A stretch of 64,000 nt of DNA from Hormiphora californensis. Its lineage: Eukaryota; Animalia; Ctenophora. Under the pieces are notes generated by a model. It made no database searches, had not been told where the DNA came from, and saw only the letters and a program-made list of their open reading frames with translations. The first letter of the stretch is position 1, and the number at the start of each line of letters is the position of its first letter. The translations under genes and the position numbers were made by a program. Below, one piece after another: positions 1 to 12,187 of this stretch. The stretch covers positions 744,001 to 808,000 of the forward strand of contig CM035352.1 of the NCBI GenBank assembly GCA_020137815.1, read 5' to 3'.

Positions 1-141
1 GGTGTATATATGCCAATGCAATCAACTACCGCACTCCATCCCTATATATGGTATGATTGGCTTCATACTCCTATTTCCTTTCTCTCTCTCTCAGCCTCCC
101 TCAATTTCCGCTCAATTTCCCTTTTCCCTCTCTTTATTAAT

Positions 142-321
142 TATTTCCACCCAGTGTTCCTGCCAGAACTATCAACAAGAAATATATGATATAATGTATC
201 AGCCAAAAATTAATGGAAATTAGTTGGTGGGAAAGGTGGCCCACTTACACCTTTTGCTGTTGCCGGTTCGTCGGTATCTCTCATTATATGGGGGTAACTT
301 ATTCATTTCTTGTCTCCCCCC

Positions 322-392
<71 letters not shown>

Positions 393-750
393 TTTATCTC
401 TCTCGCTATCTCTCTCTCACTTTCTCTTTTGATTTCTAATGTCAGTATGGAATTGTTTCATGATGTAATATTGTTAAAATGATGGGTTTTATGAAAAACA
501 AGACAAATTTATGTGAAAATCGTAATTTTGACGTCATTCTGACGTTTTGTGACATCCCCGTGACTTCGTAACGATGCATCACGATAAAGTTTGAATAAAT
601 ATGTATCCCAAAGTCGCTTGTAAAGTTTGAATTTTGATTGGCTACCATTGTTAGCATGGGATTGTGATAGGTCGAACGAATACCGGCCTGCATTCTGGTT
701 GGGAAATAGTTCTCCGAATTCACTGAGTTTTTGGAGGTTATTAACAATTT
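142..750 (+). mobile_element. Possible Helentron-associated non-autonomous element (HINE-like) with internal (CT)n
   Basis: Imperfect sub-terminal inverted pair TATTTCCACCCAG (142-154) / CTGGTTGGGAAATA (695-708), then an imperfect hairpin (~705-742); (CT)n at ~322-418. Confidence 0.3.
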
Positions 751-1231
751 GTGTTAACCTCAAATTTGGGTCTCGAGGTGCCCTTCACACGACAATAATA
801 TGTGGGAATGTTGTTCATTTCACAGCTCCGTCCTCTGTGAACCTCAAAACCTCCTTGACCCCCGGACCCAGGGCACCACTCGACTAAGTTAGCTTGGTAT
901 GTTATTGATCCCACCGTTCTAGAAGCCATAGCTATAAATAAATATGTTAACACTATAAATAATGTTTGTTTTTATCATCCGTTATAGAAGAAAGCTATAG
1001 ATAGATTTAGGGCTGCTATGTTAAGATCGCATGATATTTTCCCTTTTAGAACTTTAATATGTTCTAGAAAATGAATATAGCATTGTCAAGAGAGCTTCTA
1101 TCTTTAGAACATTCTGAATAAAACGGGGGTGGGGTGAGAGATAAATCTGAGCCAAGACCACTCTCTTCAAATCAAGAGCCGCTATTATATTAAAGTAAGA
1201 TTTCTTGAAGTGTCAACTAAACCTTTATATT

Positions 1232-2999
1232 GGGAGAGTTATTCTAAGGATGTAAAGTTCTCTAAGGGGAGTTATTCTAAGGATGTAAAGTTCTCTAAGG
1301 GGAGTTATTCTAAGGATGTAAAGTTCTCTAAGGGGAGTTATTCTAAGGATGTAAAGTTCTCTAAGGGGAGTTATTCTAAGGATGTAAAGTTCTCTAAGGG
1401 GAGTTATTCTAAGGATGTAAAGTTCTCTAAGGGGAGTTATTCTAAGGATGTAAAGTTCTCTAAGGGGAGTTATTCTAAGGATGTAAAGTTCTCTAAGGGG
1501 AGTTATTCTAAGGATGTAAAGTTCTCTAAGGGGAGTTATTCTAAGGATGTAAAGTTCTCTAAGGGGAGTTATTCTAAGGATGTAAAGTTCTCTAAGGGGA
1601 GTTATTCTAAGGATGTAAAGTTCTCTAAGGGGAGTTATTCTAAGGATGTAAAGTTCTCTAAGGGGAGTTATTCTAAGGATGTAAAGTTCTCTAAGGGGAG
1701 TTATTCTAAGGATGTAAAGTTCTCTAAGGGGAGTTATTCTAAGGATGTAAAGTTCTCTAAGGGGAGTTATTCTAAGGATGTAAAGTTCTCTAAGGGGAGT
1801 TATTCTAAGGATGTAAAGTTCTCTAAGGGGAGTTATTCTAAGGATGTAAAGTTCTCTAAGGGGAGTTATTCTAAGGATGTAAAGTTCTCTAAGGGGAGTT
1901 ATTCTAAGGATGTAAAGTTCTCTAAGGGGAGTTATTCTAAGGATGTAAAGTTCTCTAAGGGGAGTTATTCTAAGGATGTAAAGTTCTCTAAGGGGAGTTA
2001 TTCTAAGGATGTAAAGTTCTCTAAGGGGAGTTATTCTAAGGATGTAAAGTTCTCTAAGGGGAGTTATTCTAAGGATGTAAAGTTCTCTAAGGGGAGTTAT
2101 TCTAAGGATGTAAAGTTCTCTAAGGGGAGTTATTCTAAGGATGTAAAGTTCTCTAAGGGGAGTTATTCTAAGGATGTAAAGTTCTCTAAGGGGAGTTATT
2201 CTAAGGATGTAAAGTTCTCTAAGGGGAGTTATTCTAAGGATGTAAAGTTCCCTAAGGGGAGTTATTCTAAGGATGTAAAGTTCTCTAAGGGGAGTTATTC
2301 TAAGGATGTAAAGTTCTCTAAGAGGAGTTATTCTAAGGATGTAAAGTTCTCTAAGGGGAGTTATTCTAAGGATGTAAAGTTCCCTAAGGGGAGTTATTCT
2401 AAGGATGTAAAGTTCTCGAAGGGGAGTTATTCTAAGGATGTAAAGTTCTCTAAGGGGAGTTATTCTAAGGATGTAAAGTTCTCTAAGGGGAGTTATTCTA
2501 AGGATGTAAAGTTCTCTAAGGGGAGTTATTCTAAGGATGTAAAGTTCTCTAAGGAGAGTTATTCTAAGGATGTAAAGTTCTCTAAGGGGAGTTATTCTAA
2601 GGATGTAAAGTTCTCTAAGGGGAGTTATTCTAAGGATGTAAAGTTCTCTAAGGGGAGTTATTCTAAGGATGTCAAGTTCTCTAAGGGGAGTTATTCTAAG
2701 GATGTAAAGTTCTCTAAGGGGAGTTATTCTAAGGATGTAAAGTTCTCTAAGGGGAGTTATTCTAAGGATGTAAAGTTCTCTAAGGGGAGTTATTCTAAGG
2801 ATGTAAAGTTCTCTAAGGGGAGTTATTCTAAGGATGTAAAGTTCTCTAAGGGGAGTTATTCTAAGGATGTAAAGTTCTCTAAGGGGAGTTATTCTAAGGA
2901 TGTAAAGTTCTCTAAGGGGAGTTATTCTAAGGATGTAAAGTTCTCTAAGGGGAGTTATTCTAAGGATGTAAAGTTCTCTAAGGGGAGTTATTCTAAGGA
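1232..2999. repeat. 33-bp minisatellite, ~53 near-identical copies
   Basis: Unit GGGAGTTATTCTAAGGATGTAAAGTTCTCTAAG; the few internal point variants lie at ~2250-2680. Confidence 0.97.
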
Positions 3000-3274
3000 A
3001 GTTCTCTTCTTTGAGTTTGGGGTCACAGTAATGAATTGTAAAAGTAGGAAATCTAAAATCTTTCGAATGGAGATCATTTCGAATAGTACGAATTATGCTA
3101 GCTACTCATTGTACATTATCAGTTGTGTGAAATGTCGTGACGAAAGTAGTGGGCACTCCTATTTCCTACCTTCATGCCCCTAGTCATTATACAGAAAAGC
3201 TATATAAATTGCTATGAAGCATCAAATCCTCTATGCCTTATTTCTGATTATTGATTTTCACCATCTTCCATCAG

Positions 3275-6200
3275 ACGGTCAGATATGGTCTACCCTACGA
3301 ACCAACCACACTGGCATATGACCCTGTGCAGCGGGTTCTGGCAGTTGGCTCCAAGACTGGTGACATCAGAATATTTGGAAGGCCTGGTGCGGAGACCTAC
3401 ATGTGTCAAGATGAGAGGAGGGCGATCAAACAGCTATTCTTCTCTGTTAATGAGGTTAACAAATAGTAGTGGTTATATCTAGGGGAGCTTTAATTGAAGA
3501 TATTGATTATTTTGATTCGTGTGATATTGTCTAACACCTTTATCAGGGTGTGAACTGCATGTCGTGTTTGCTAGTCGCGAGCGCGCTCGCGAGACAAGCA
3601 AACACGTCAAGGTTCATTAACAAGCATGCTGCTCAGTCATTTTAGATTTAATACACAATGTAAGGATACCATGTAATAGGTGAGACTCTTGCCGTCACCC
3701 TCGTTCAAGTCCCGTGAAAAACGGAGCAGTACACGCAAACCGATGCCCATTTTCCTCGCGTGACCCCGATTCAGCAGTTTGAGATACCAACTCTTTAGGG
3801 GGCCATATCTCAGGAACCAGACAAGATAGGAAAAATCGCCGTCTAACGAGGCGTACAGTTTTTAATCTAGTTTACCACTGTACCGGCCGTTTCACTCTCC
3901 GACCTAAAACAAAAATCGCAACCCCACAAAACTTCAAAATAATGAAATTCGCATCTCGCATGTCGTGTTGCATGTCGTGTTGCATGTCGTGTCATGTTAT
4001 TGACGCGCTCGCGTTCAACTCTCACACAGCAGCTGCAGAACATGGCGGGAAACATCGAGGAGTAGAGAGAGGGTCGGTGCCGAATCAAATATTTCTTGAT
4101 CTTGATCTACTCCATCTCTCAGCTATCCTACCCCTCATCAACTCGATCTCTCAGCTACCCTACCCCTCATCTACTCCATCTTTCAGCTACCCTACCCCTC
4201 ATCTACTCCATCTTTCAGCTACCCAACCCCTTATCTAGTCCATCTCTCAGCTACCCTACTCCTCATCTACTCCATCTCTCAGCTTCCCTATTAGGGAAGC
4301 ATAGAGATGGAAACGATTAGAGGTAGGGAATCCCTATCCATAATCGTTTCCATCTCTATGCTTCCCTAGCCCTCATCAACTCCATCTTTCAGCTACCCTA
4401 CCCCTAATCTAGTCCATCTCTTCGCTACCCTACTCCTCATCTACTCCATCTCTCAGCTACCCTTCCTCCCATTTACTCCATCCCTCAGCTTCCCTACCTC
4501 CCATTTACTCCATCTCTCAGCTTCCCTACCTCCCATTTACTCCATCTCTCAGCTACCCTACCTCCCATTTACTTCATCTCTCAGCTTCCCTACCTCCCAT
4601 TTACTCCATCTCTCAGCTTCCCTACCTCCCATTTACTCCATCTCTCAGCTACCCTACCTCCCATTTACTTCATCTCTCAGCTTCCCTACCTCCCATTTAC
4701 TCCATCTCTCAGCTACCCTACCTCCCATTTACTCCATCTCTCAGCTTCCCTACCTCCCATTTACTCCATCTCTCAGCTACCCTACCTCCCATTTACTCCA
4801 TCTCTCAGCTTCCCTACCTCCCATTTACTCCATCTCTCAGCTACCCTACCTCCAATTTACTCCATCTCTTAGCTACCCTACCTCCCATTTACTCCATCTC
4901 TCAGCTTACTTACCTCCCATTTACTCAATCTCTCAGCTTCCCTACCTCCCATTTACTCCATCCCTCAGCTTCCCTACCTGCCATTTACTCCATCTCTCAG
5001 CTACCCTAGCTCCCATTTACTTCATCTCTCAGCTTCCCTACCTCCCATTTACTCCATCTCTCAGCTTCCTTACCTCCCATTTACTCCATCTCTCATTTAT
5101 CCTAACATTCCTACCCCTGAGAGATGGAGTAAATGGGAGGTAGGGAAGCTGAGAGATGGAGTAAATGGGAGGTAGGAAAGCTGAGAGATGGAGTAAATGG
5201 GTGGTAGGGTAGCTGAGAGATGGAGTAAATGGCAGGTAGGGAAGCTGAGGGATGGAGTAAATGGGAGGTAGGGAAGCTGAGAGATTGAGTAAATGGGAGG
5301 TAAGTAAGCTGAGAAATGGAGTAAATGGGAGGTAGGGTAGCTGAGAGATGGAGTAAATGGAAGGTAGGGTAGCTGAGAGATGGAGTAAATGGGAGGTAGG
5401 GAAGCTGAGAGATGGAGTAAATGGGAGGTAGGGTAGCTGAGAGATGGAGTAAATGGGAGGTAGGGAAGCTGAGAGATGGAGTAAATGGAAGGTAAGGTAG
5501 CTGAGAGATGGAGTAAATGGGAGGTAGGGAAGCTGAGAGATGGAGTAAATGGGAGGTAGGGTAGCTGAGAGATGGAGTAAATGGGAGGTAGGGAAGCTGA
5601 GAGATGGAGTAAATGGGAGGTAGGGTAGCTGAGAGATGGAGTAAATGAGAGGTAGGGAAGCTGAGAAATGGAGTAAATGGGAGGTAGGGTAGCTGAGAGA
5701 TGGAGTAAATGGGAGGTAGGGAAGCTGAGAGATGGATCAAATGGGAGGTAGGGTAGCTGAGGGATGGAGTAAATGGGAGGTAGGGAAGCTGAGAGATGGA
5801 GTAAATGGGAGGTAGGTAAGCTGAGAGATGGAGTAAATGGGAGGTAGGGTATCTGAGAGATGGAGTAAATGGCAGGTAGGGAAGCTGAGATATGGAGTAA
5901 ATCGGAGGTAGGTAAGCTGAGAGATGGAGTAAATGGGAGGTAGGGAAGCTGAGAGATGGAGTAAATGGGAGGTAGGGTAGCTGAGAGATGGAGTAAATGG
6001 GAGGTAGGGTAGCTGAGAGATGGACTAGATAAGGGGTTGGGTAGCTGAAAGATGGAGTAGATGAGGGGTAGGGTAGCTGAAAGATGGAGTAGATGAGGGG
6101 TAGGGTAGCTGAGAGATCGAGTTGATGAGGGGTTGGATAGCTGAGAGATGGAGTAGATCAAGATCAAGAAATATTTGATTCGGCACCGACCCTCTCTCTA

Positions 6201-9200
6201 CTCCTCGATGTTTCCCGCCATGTTCTGCAGCTGCTGTGTGAGAGTTGAACGCGAGCGCGTCAATAACATGACACGACATGCAACACGACATGCAACACGA
6301 CATGCGAGATGCGAATTTCATTATTTTGAAGTTTTGTGGGGTTGCGATTTTTGTTTTAGGTCGGAGAGTGAAACGGCCGGTACAGTGGTAAACTAGATTA
6401 AAAACTGTACGCCTCGTTAGACGGCGATTTTTCCTATCTTGTCTGGTTCCTGAGATATGGCCCCCTAAAGAGTTGGTATCTCAAACTGCTGAATCGGGGT
6501 CACGCGAGGAAAATGGGCATCAGTTTGCGTGTACTGCTCCGTTTTTCACGGGACTTGAACGAGGGTGACGGCAAGAGTCTCACCTATTACATGGTATCCT
6601 TACATTGTGTATTAAATCTAAAATGACTGAGCAGCATGCTTGTTAATGAACCTTGACGTGTTTGCTTGTCTCGCGAGTGCGCTCGCGACTAGCAAACACG
6701 ACATGCAGTTCACACCCTGTTTATTTGCCAGGGGGCTCTCCTGAGTATCACATCTGACGATTGTCTGCACCTCTGGAATCTCCGGCAGCGAACACCGAAA
6801 GTTGTGCAGAGTCTCCTCTTTAAGCGAGAGAGGTATAATTAGGGGGGTTCATTGTGTGTCATGTAGTATTCCTAATGTGTGTGTGCTCGTCCCCCAACGA
6901 TCCACAGAGTACCGGGTGTGTGTCACTTTTCTCCGTGATAGTTGGGGCGCGCGGCGACACAGTTGTTAGGGCAGTGGCGCGATGACTCCTCGTGGGACCT
7001 GATTACGAAATAAGATGGAGCTGTGTGTGTGTGACAGAGTGAGAGGGACGAGATGGCACCGGGCTTTCAGAGTGGACAGTCTTATATGAGACAAGTAGAG
7101 AACTACCAGATATCTTTCAAAGCACCTTCCCGCTCAACGATATTTCTCTCATTCAGTTTGTGTGTGTGCAAGTTGCCAATGTTTTCAAAGTGGATCTATA
7201 TCGGGACAGAGAAAGGGAACCTGTACGTTGTGAACCTGGAGACTCTAGTTTTATCTGGATACCAGGTCATGTGGAACCAGACCATTCCGAAATCTCAGAT
7301 TAGCACACCCTGGTCCAGTTACAGTTATAGAGGAACACCCCATTGATTCCTCTAAAATACTTCTAGGTGAGAAGAACTCTTTATAATACACCCTCTGTAG
7401 AATAGCTGGTGATTCCCCTTATCCCGCATTTTCAATCAGGTTACGAGAATGGTCGTCTGGTTGTGTGGGACTTGAAGAATAGAGAAGTAATTAAGAGCTA
7501 CACTACAGACAGACCCCTTTCTTGTGCATTCTGGATGAGCGATGTGAAACAGTTCATTACAGGTAGGAGTGTGTTGGGGTAGTAGGGATGTGTTGGGGTA
7601 GGGATATTGGGGTAGGGGTGTTGGGTAGGGATGTGAAATAGGGGTGTTCGGGAAGGGATGTGAAATAGGGGTGCAGGTGTTGGGGTAGAAGGGATGTTGG
7701 AGAAGTAGCCTCTTTACGAACCCCTCCCCAACCCTCTCACCCCCAGGTCACATCGAGGGATCCCTGGCTGTTTGGAACCACACCACCAGTCCAGGAGAGT
7801 CCTCCCCCACCAAGCTCTTCAAACCACACGAGTTTCACGAAGCCTCCCCTACCGCCCAATCATGCGGGCTAATCAACAAGGTCCAATGGCTCAGCACCAA
7901 GACGGACCCCTTTCTAATATTCTCAGGGGGTGTTCCTGGACCTCAATCCTCCCACCATATCACCGTCTTCCATGGTCCGGAGAAGAGAGGTGTTTAAACT
8001 GGAACGGCCCGTTATTGATTTCATCGTGGTGTGTGCTAGCCCCTATGCTAGGGACATTCAGGATCCCAGTGCAGTGATTATCCTGCTACCAGATAATATC
8101 ATGTCAATTGATCTGACATTGCCGGAGTTTACACTACATCCCCACTCCTTACGGTATGAAAAACTACACTAGCCAAGATATATTACTCATACTATTCATT
8201 GTCGCCAGGTATAAAAACTACTAGCCAGGAGTCCTGGCCCAGGACCCTATATATTACTCATATTATTCATTGTCGCCAGCTCTTATTATTATCCTGCTGA
8301 TTCACATGCCCAATTACTAATTGATACATTTCAGGTGTAACTCTTGGCTCCGCTCCAGTCACCTACCTTGGTCTCTATGAGAACTGCTCTACTTCCCTAA
8401 TTAACGACCTCCGAATTTGCCAGGATGTCATGCCCATGAAGTGAGTCAAACTAATATCACTTTGACAACAAATTAAACAAGTAGTTTTATCAAACAATTG
8501 TTTCACTACCAGCGGTAAATCATCAGTGGAATAAAATCTGGATCGACTACTCACATTAATATCACTTTGATAATAATGATATTCTTTTTTCATAAACTAA
8601 AATTGACTACTGACTAATTTGTAGGGACTGGCCAATAGATGGCGGTGATTGGGGTAGGACAGTTGAAAACAATAGCGATTTGAGTATAACTGGACATGCT
8701 GATGGTTCCTTGCAGTTCTGGGATGTTTCTGGTAAGATATTTGGTTTCTGATATTATGACCTAGAGTGCCCTGAGTGTTACCAATGCTCAGGGCTCATGC
8801 TCTGCCGCTGTTCTCGCGTAGTGCTTTCTTTTGAAACTGGGTCAGGCCAATTCTCTGACAACACAACTACAGGTGTAACGATGCAGCATCTCTACACAAT
8901 GAGGACTGCAAGGTTTTTTGATGGCACCCTGATAATCCCGGAAACTGAGGAGAGTCTGGTGTCTGTCACCCATATCTCATTGTGCATACCGGGCAGGACC
9001 ATGGTTGTGGCTTACTCTTCATCACAAATCTTGATATTCAACTGGGGAACTTCTGAGGTGGGTGTTGATTCAAGCTTCTCACGGCTCTATCACTTCTGTG
9101 CTGCTGTTTCTACCACCCCCTTCCCTAGTTTTATATTACACCACCTCTCCACAGATATCAGGAGTGCTGCCAGTGGTTCCAGTTCTATTATCTCAACCTG

Positions 9201-11120
9201 ATTTTACAACTTATGACTTTGATTCCATGGAAGAGGGGGAGGGGAATTCTCCTACAGATAGCCCTAAAACACCTGGTAAGAAATATACACGGTTGAAAAA
9301 TATAGAGGGTTTGCACAAAACAAAACCTTTAAAAAAACCTTTCTAAATCGATTCAAGTTACACACACGACCAGTTTCAAGTTGGAAGGGAGATCAAGCTA
9401 ACAACAGATCATTGTTTCAGGTCTCCAAACAAGCACACCGGACTCTATCTTATCAGAAGAACAGAAGAAAGCATCTCACTTGTTGAGCAAGTTTGGTATT
9501 GAAGTACCCAATACACCTACTGAAAGTGCCGACGGGAAAGCTGAACCTCTGTTACCTGTAACCACTAAAGAGGTCCGACAGGGTGCCTCGTTCCAGGTAA
9601 CCCTGGTAGTTCAATGCACCTCTACAAGCTCCGACCCTCCGGGCCAGATAACCTGTGTTGACCTCTCAACCGGTTGGGGGCTGGTGGCCTTTGGTAACAC
9701 CTTGGGGGTGGTGATCGTGGATTATATCCAGAAGTCAGTACTGTGGTCGTACAGCAACCTAGAGTTGGTTAGTGTGTGTAATCCAGCTGTCAAGACGCCA
9801 CTGAGCTGCAAGAACAGTAATAGCAAGAGTAAAAAGTTGAAGATTGTCAAGTTGAGTTCATTTAATTCCAGTGCTGATGAGGAGGGCTCCAGGAATAGGA
9901 AGGGGATGCAGAGGGGCAAGATGTTGAGCATCATCAGGAGGGACAAAATGGGATCAGGGGAGACAACCCCCAGTAATCTTAACTGTCACAAGAAGGCAAA
10001 GAAGCAGGGCAGTGGAGGGAGTATTGATTCACCCAACTCCCCCAACTCTGTAACCAGTGAGTCTGAGTTGTTAGCCCACGAGTCTGGGTTCTTGGAAAAC
10101 TTCCTGGTACAAAGATTGTGTTTTGTGGAGAGCTATACTGATAAAGATATATCCAGCAACCTGACAGCCCCAAGACGCAACCCCATCCTGTGGATTGGCA
10201 GCTATAACGGAGTGCTCCTCTCACAGACCATCAACATTCCCCCAGGTGATCACCGGAAGAAGATTCCTTGCCAGGTGGGACTGGGAGGGAGCCCTGTACT
10301 CCTCAAATCACCCATCATTGGAATCAGTGCACTCGATAATGAGGGCTCCCCAGTAGCTGCCCCTGCGGGTTCCTGGACCGATAAGCGGAAGAAAAGCAAA
10401 ACAAAGAGGAAGGGAGACGAGAGTGAAACTGATCTACAAAGTAATGATTACCTTGTCATCGCTGCAGAGAAGAGTATACTTGTCCTAAAGCTGCCCTCCC
10501 AAAACAGCTACGCAAGACAGAAAGTATTCGATAACACGTACTATCTGAAGAGCCAGGTGCTGTGGGTGGATGGCTGGGGTGCCTGTATAGTGTGTGTCAC
10601 TATCATGGGATCACTCTCTTTCTACTCACTTCCCCAACTCAAACCTCTCATGAATGTTAGTTGGTTTGACGCTAAAGATAGTCGCCCACTGAGGACCTTT
10701 GCATCCACAGCTCGGGGACATTGTTTCTACCTGTGTAGTCCCTCAGAGATGCAGGGACTCTCTCTAGTGAACAAGAACCACCTCCTTCTCCCTGAGTCGC
10801 TAGCCATGTTATTCACGGTCAGGGAGGCCCCAGAGCCACCTCGTCGAGGATTCCTCTCCATCCTCCTCCGGAACACCTCACTAGATCGGTGTGAGCTATT
10901 CGGTCCTAACAGTGGCCCTGCATCACCTGGTCTGGCTGAGAAGCTGATTAAACGATATGATATGAACTACAATAGAGTGAAGGAGGCACTGGTGGAGAGA
11001 GAAGAGAGACTTAGTGAGATCAGCCAGAAAGCTGAGATGCTGAATATGGAGGCCGAGAGCTTTGCCTCCGCTTCACATCTCCTTCATCTTAAAGCCAAAG
11101 AACAGAATAAATGGTTTTAG
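3275..11120 (+). CDS. STXBP5: Tomosyn / syntaxin-binding protein 5 (Lgl-family WD40 + C-terminal R-SNARE); 5' exon not identified; three +1 frameshifts
   Basis: GT-AG exons 3275-3454, 6732-6832, 7157-7366, 7440-7562, 7747-8152, 8335-8440, 8625-8731, 8873-9057, 9155-9275, 9421-11120. Motifs TVRYGLPYEPTTLAYDPVQ, LHLWNLRQ, KWIYIGTEKGN, HPGPV, GYENG, WPIDGG, ITGHADGSLQFWD; C-terminal VAMP-like ALVEREERLSEISQKAEML...KWF*. Confidence 0.9.
3544..6719. mobile_element. 3.2-kb foldback (palindromic) non-autonomous DNA element in a tomosyn intron
   Basis: Termini CAGGGTGTGAACTGCATG / CATGCAGTTCACACCCTG with near-identical inverted arms. Inner 32-bp tandem repeat (CCTACCTCCCATTTACTCCATCTCTCAGCTTC) inverts at ~5096-5116. 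5-bp direct repeat TTTAT at 3539-3543 and 6720-6724. Confidence 0.92.
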
Positions 11121-12187
11121 TTCTATAATAGAGACACAACGCTGAGTGTGAGATTTAATTGTTCCTCTCAATTTGTCACCATTTCGTTTACTGGTGTCGT
11201 TTCAATTTCACAATCAATTAATTATGCATCTATATATTTCTTTAATTTGTGTGTGAGTGATGTATCATTATTTCATTAACTTGTGTAAACCTGCATCTAT
11301 GTTACTACGGAGAGCTAGAGAGAGGGTCGAGCAAGGCAAGTTACAGTGTCTGAGTGAGAAAGGCCAATCGAGAAATCTAAAAAGAAAGCGTAAGAGGTCA
11401 TATTAATTAGTAATTGTAAAGAGATGTCTATAATTATATTTATAACGTGAGACAGAGAAACCCAGAGTCACATCCTTGTGTTAGTAACACTGTTAGTAAC
11501 ACAGATCTATAGGCAAATCATGACTAACTCTTGGCAATATGAGTGATGACAAGAAATTAAAGCAATTAGTCTAAGACTAGGAGTGCGACTGGCAAGCGTG
11601 TGTTGTGTTGTTGATTGTTTATTGCTTACTGTATCATACCTATTATTTTCAAATTCCCCTTTATTTCAATTGGAAAGAACGTGTATAAATTATCCGTACA
11701 GAAATAAATTCATTCTCTAACAAATACGATGTGGATACTGTAACACGCGAAATTTTCATGCTTTAACACCCGCGCCGCATTAGAGTCAAATGCTAGTGCC
11801 GCGCACGAAAAAATTTCAGCTGAATTCAGGCCTGAATTCAGCTGCAATTTTTTAAACCGCAGCTGCAGTTTTTAAATTTGCTAATTTTTTCTGACTTTTG
11901 AGTTGCGCTTCGGGGCACTAAGAGAAGGGTTGTCCGAGTCAGTGTGGAAGATGTAGATTTTCGAGATAAGTGAGCAGAGAGAGGGAGAATGAGAGTATGA
12001 AGGTGTGTGGGTAATTTATTATAATTTTTATTATGTTTTCGTTCGCTTTTAGTTTTTTTTGTCTTTTGAGTTCCGAGTTCCGAGTTTTGAAAAACTTTAA
12101 TCTAAGTGCTATTTTTCAGTTCAAGTTTTTGAGTTTGCTCCTTAAAAACACACACAAGCGGACAATAAATGTATATTTGTATTTGTA

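Noticed and set aside
826-896. AG...GT-bounded segment as tomosyn exon 1
   Set aside because: Stops in all three frames; could be a terminal or UTR exon but cannot be assigned.
1210-3183. 657-aa ORF of GSYSKDVKFSK repeats
   Set aside because: GTG start with no ATG before the array; a by-product of a stop-free 33-bp unit.
5097-6396. ORFs in the foldback arms
   Set aside because: Mirror-image, low-complexity translations with no transposase motif.
7271-7298. 28-nt GT-AG micro-intron that would repair the first frameshift
   Set aside because: Much shorter than the other introns here and removes the conserved MWN residues; it would not explain all three sites.
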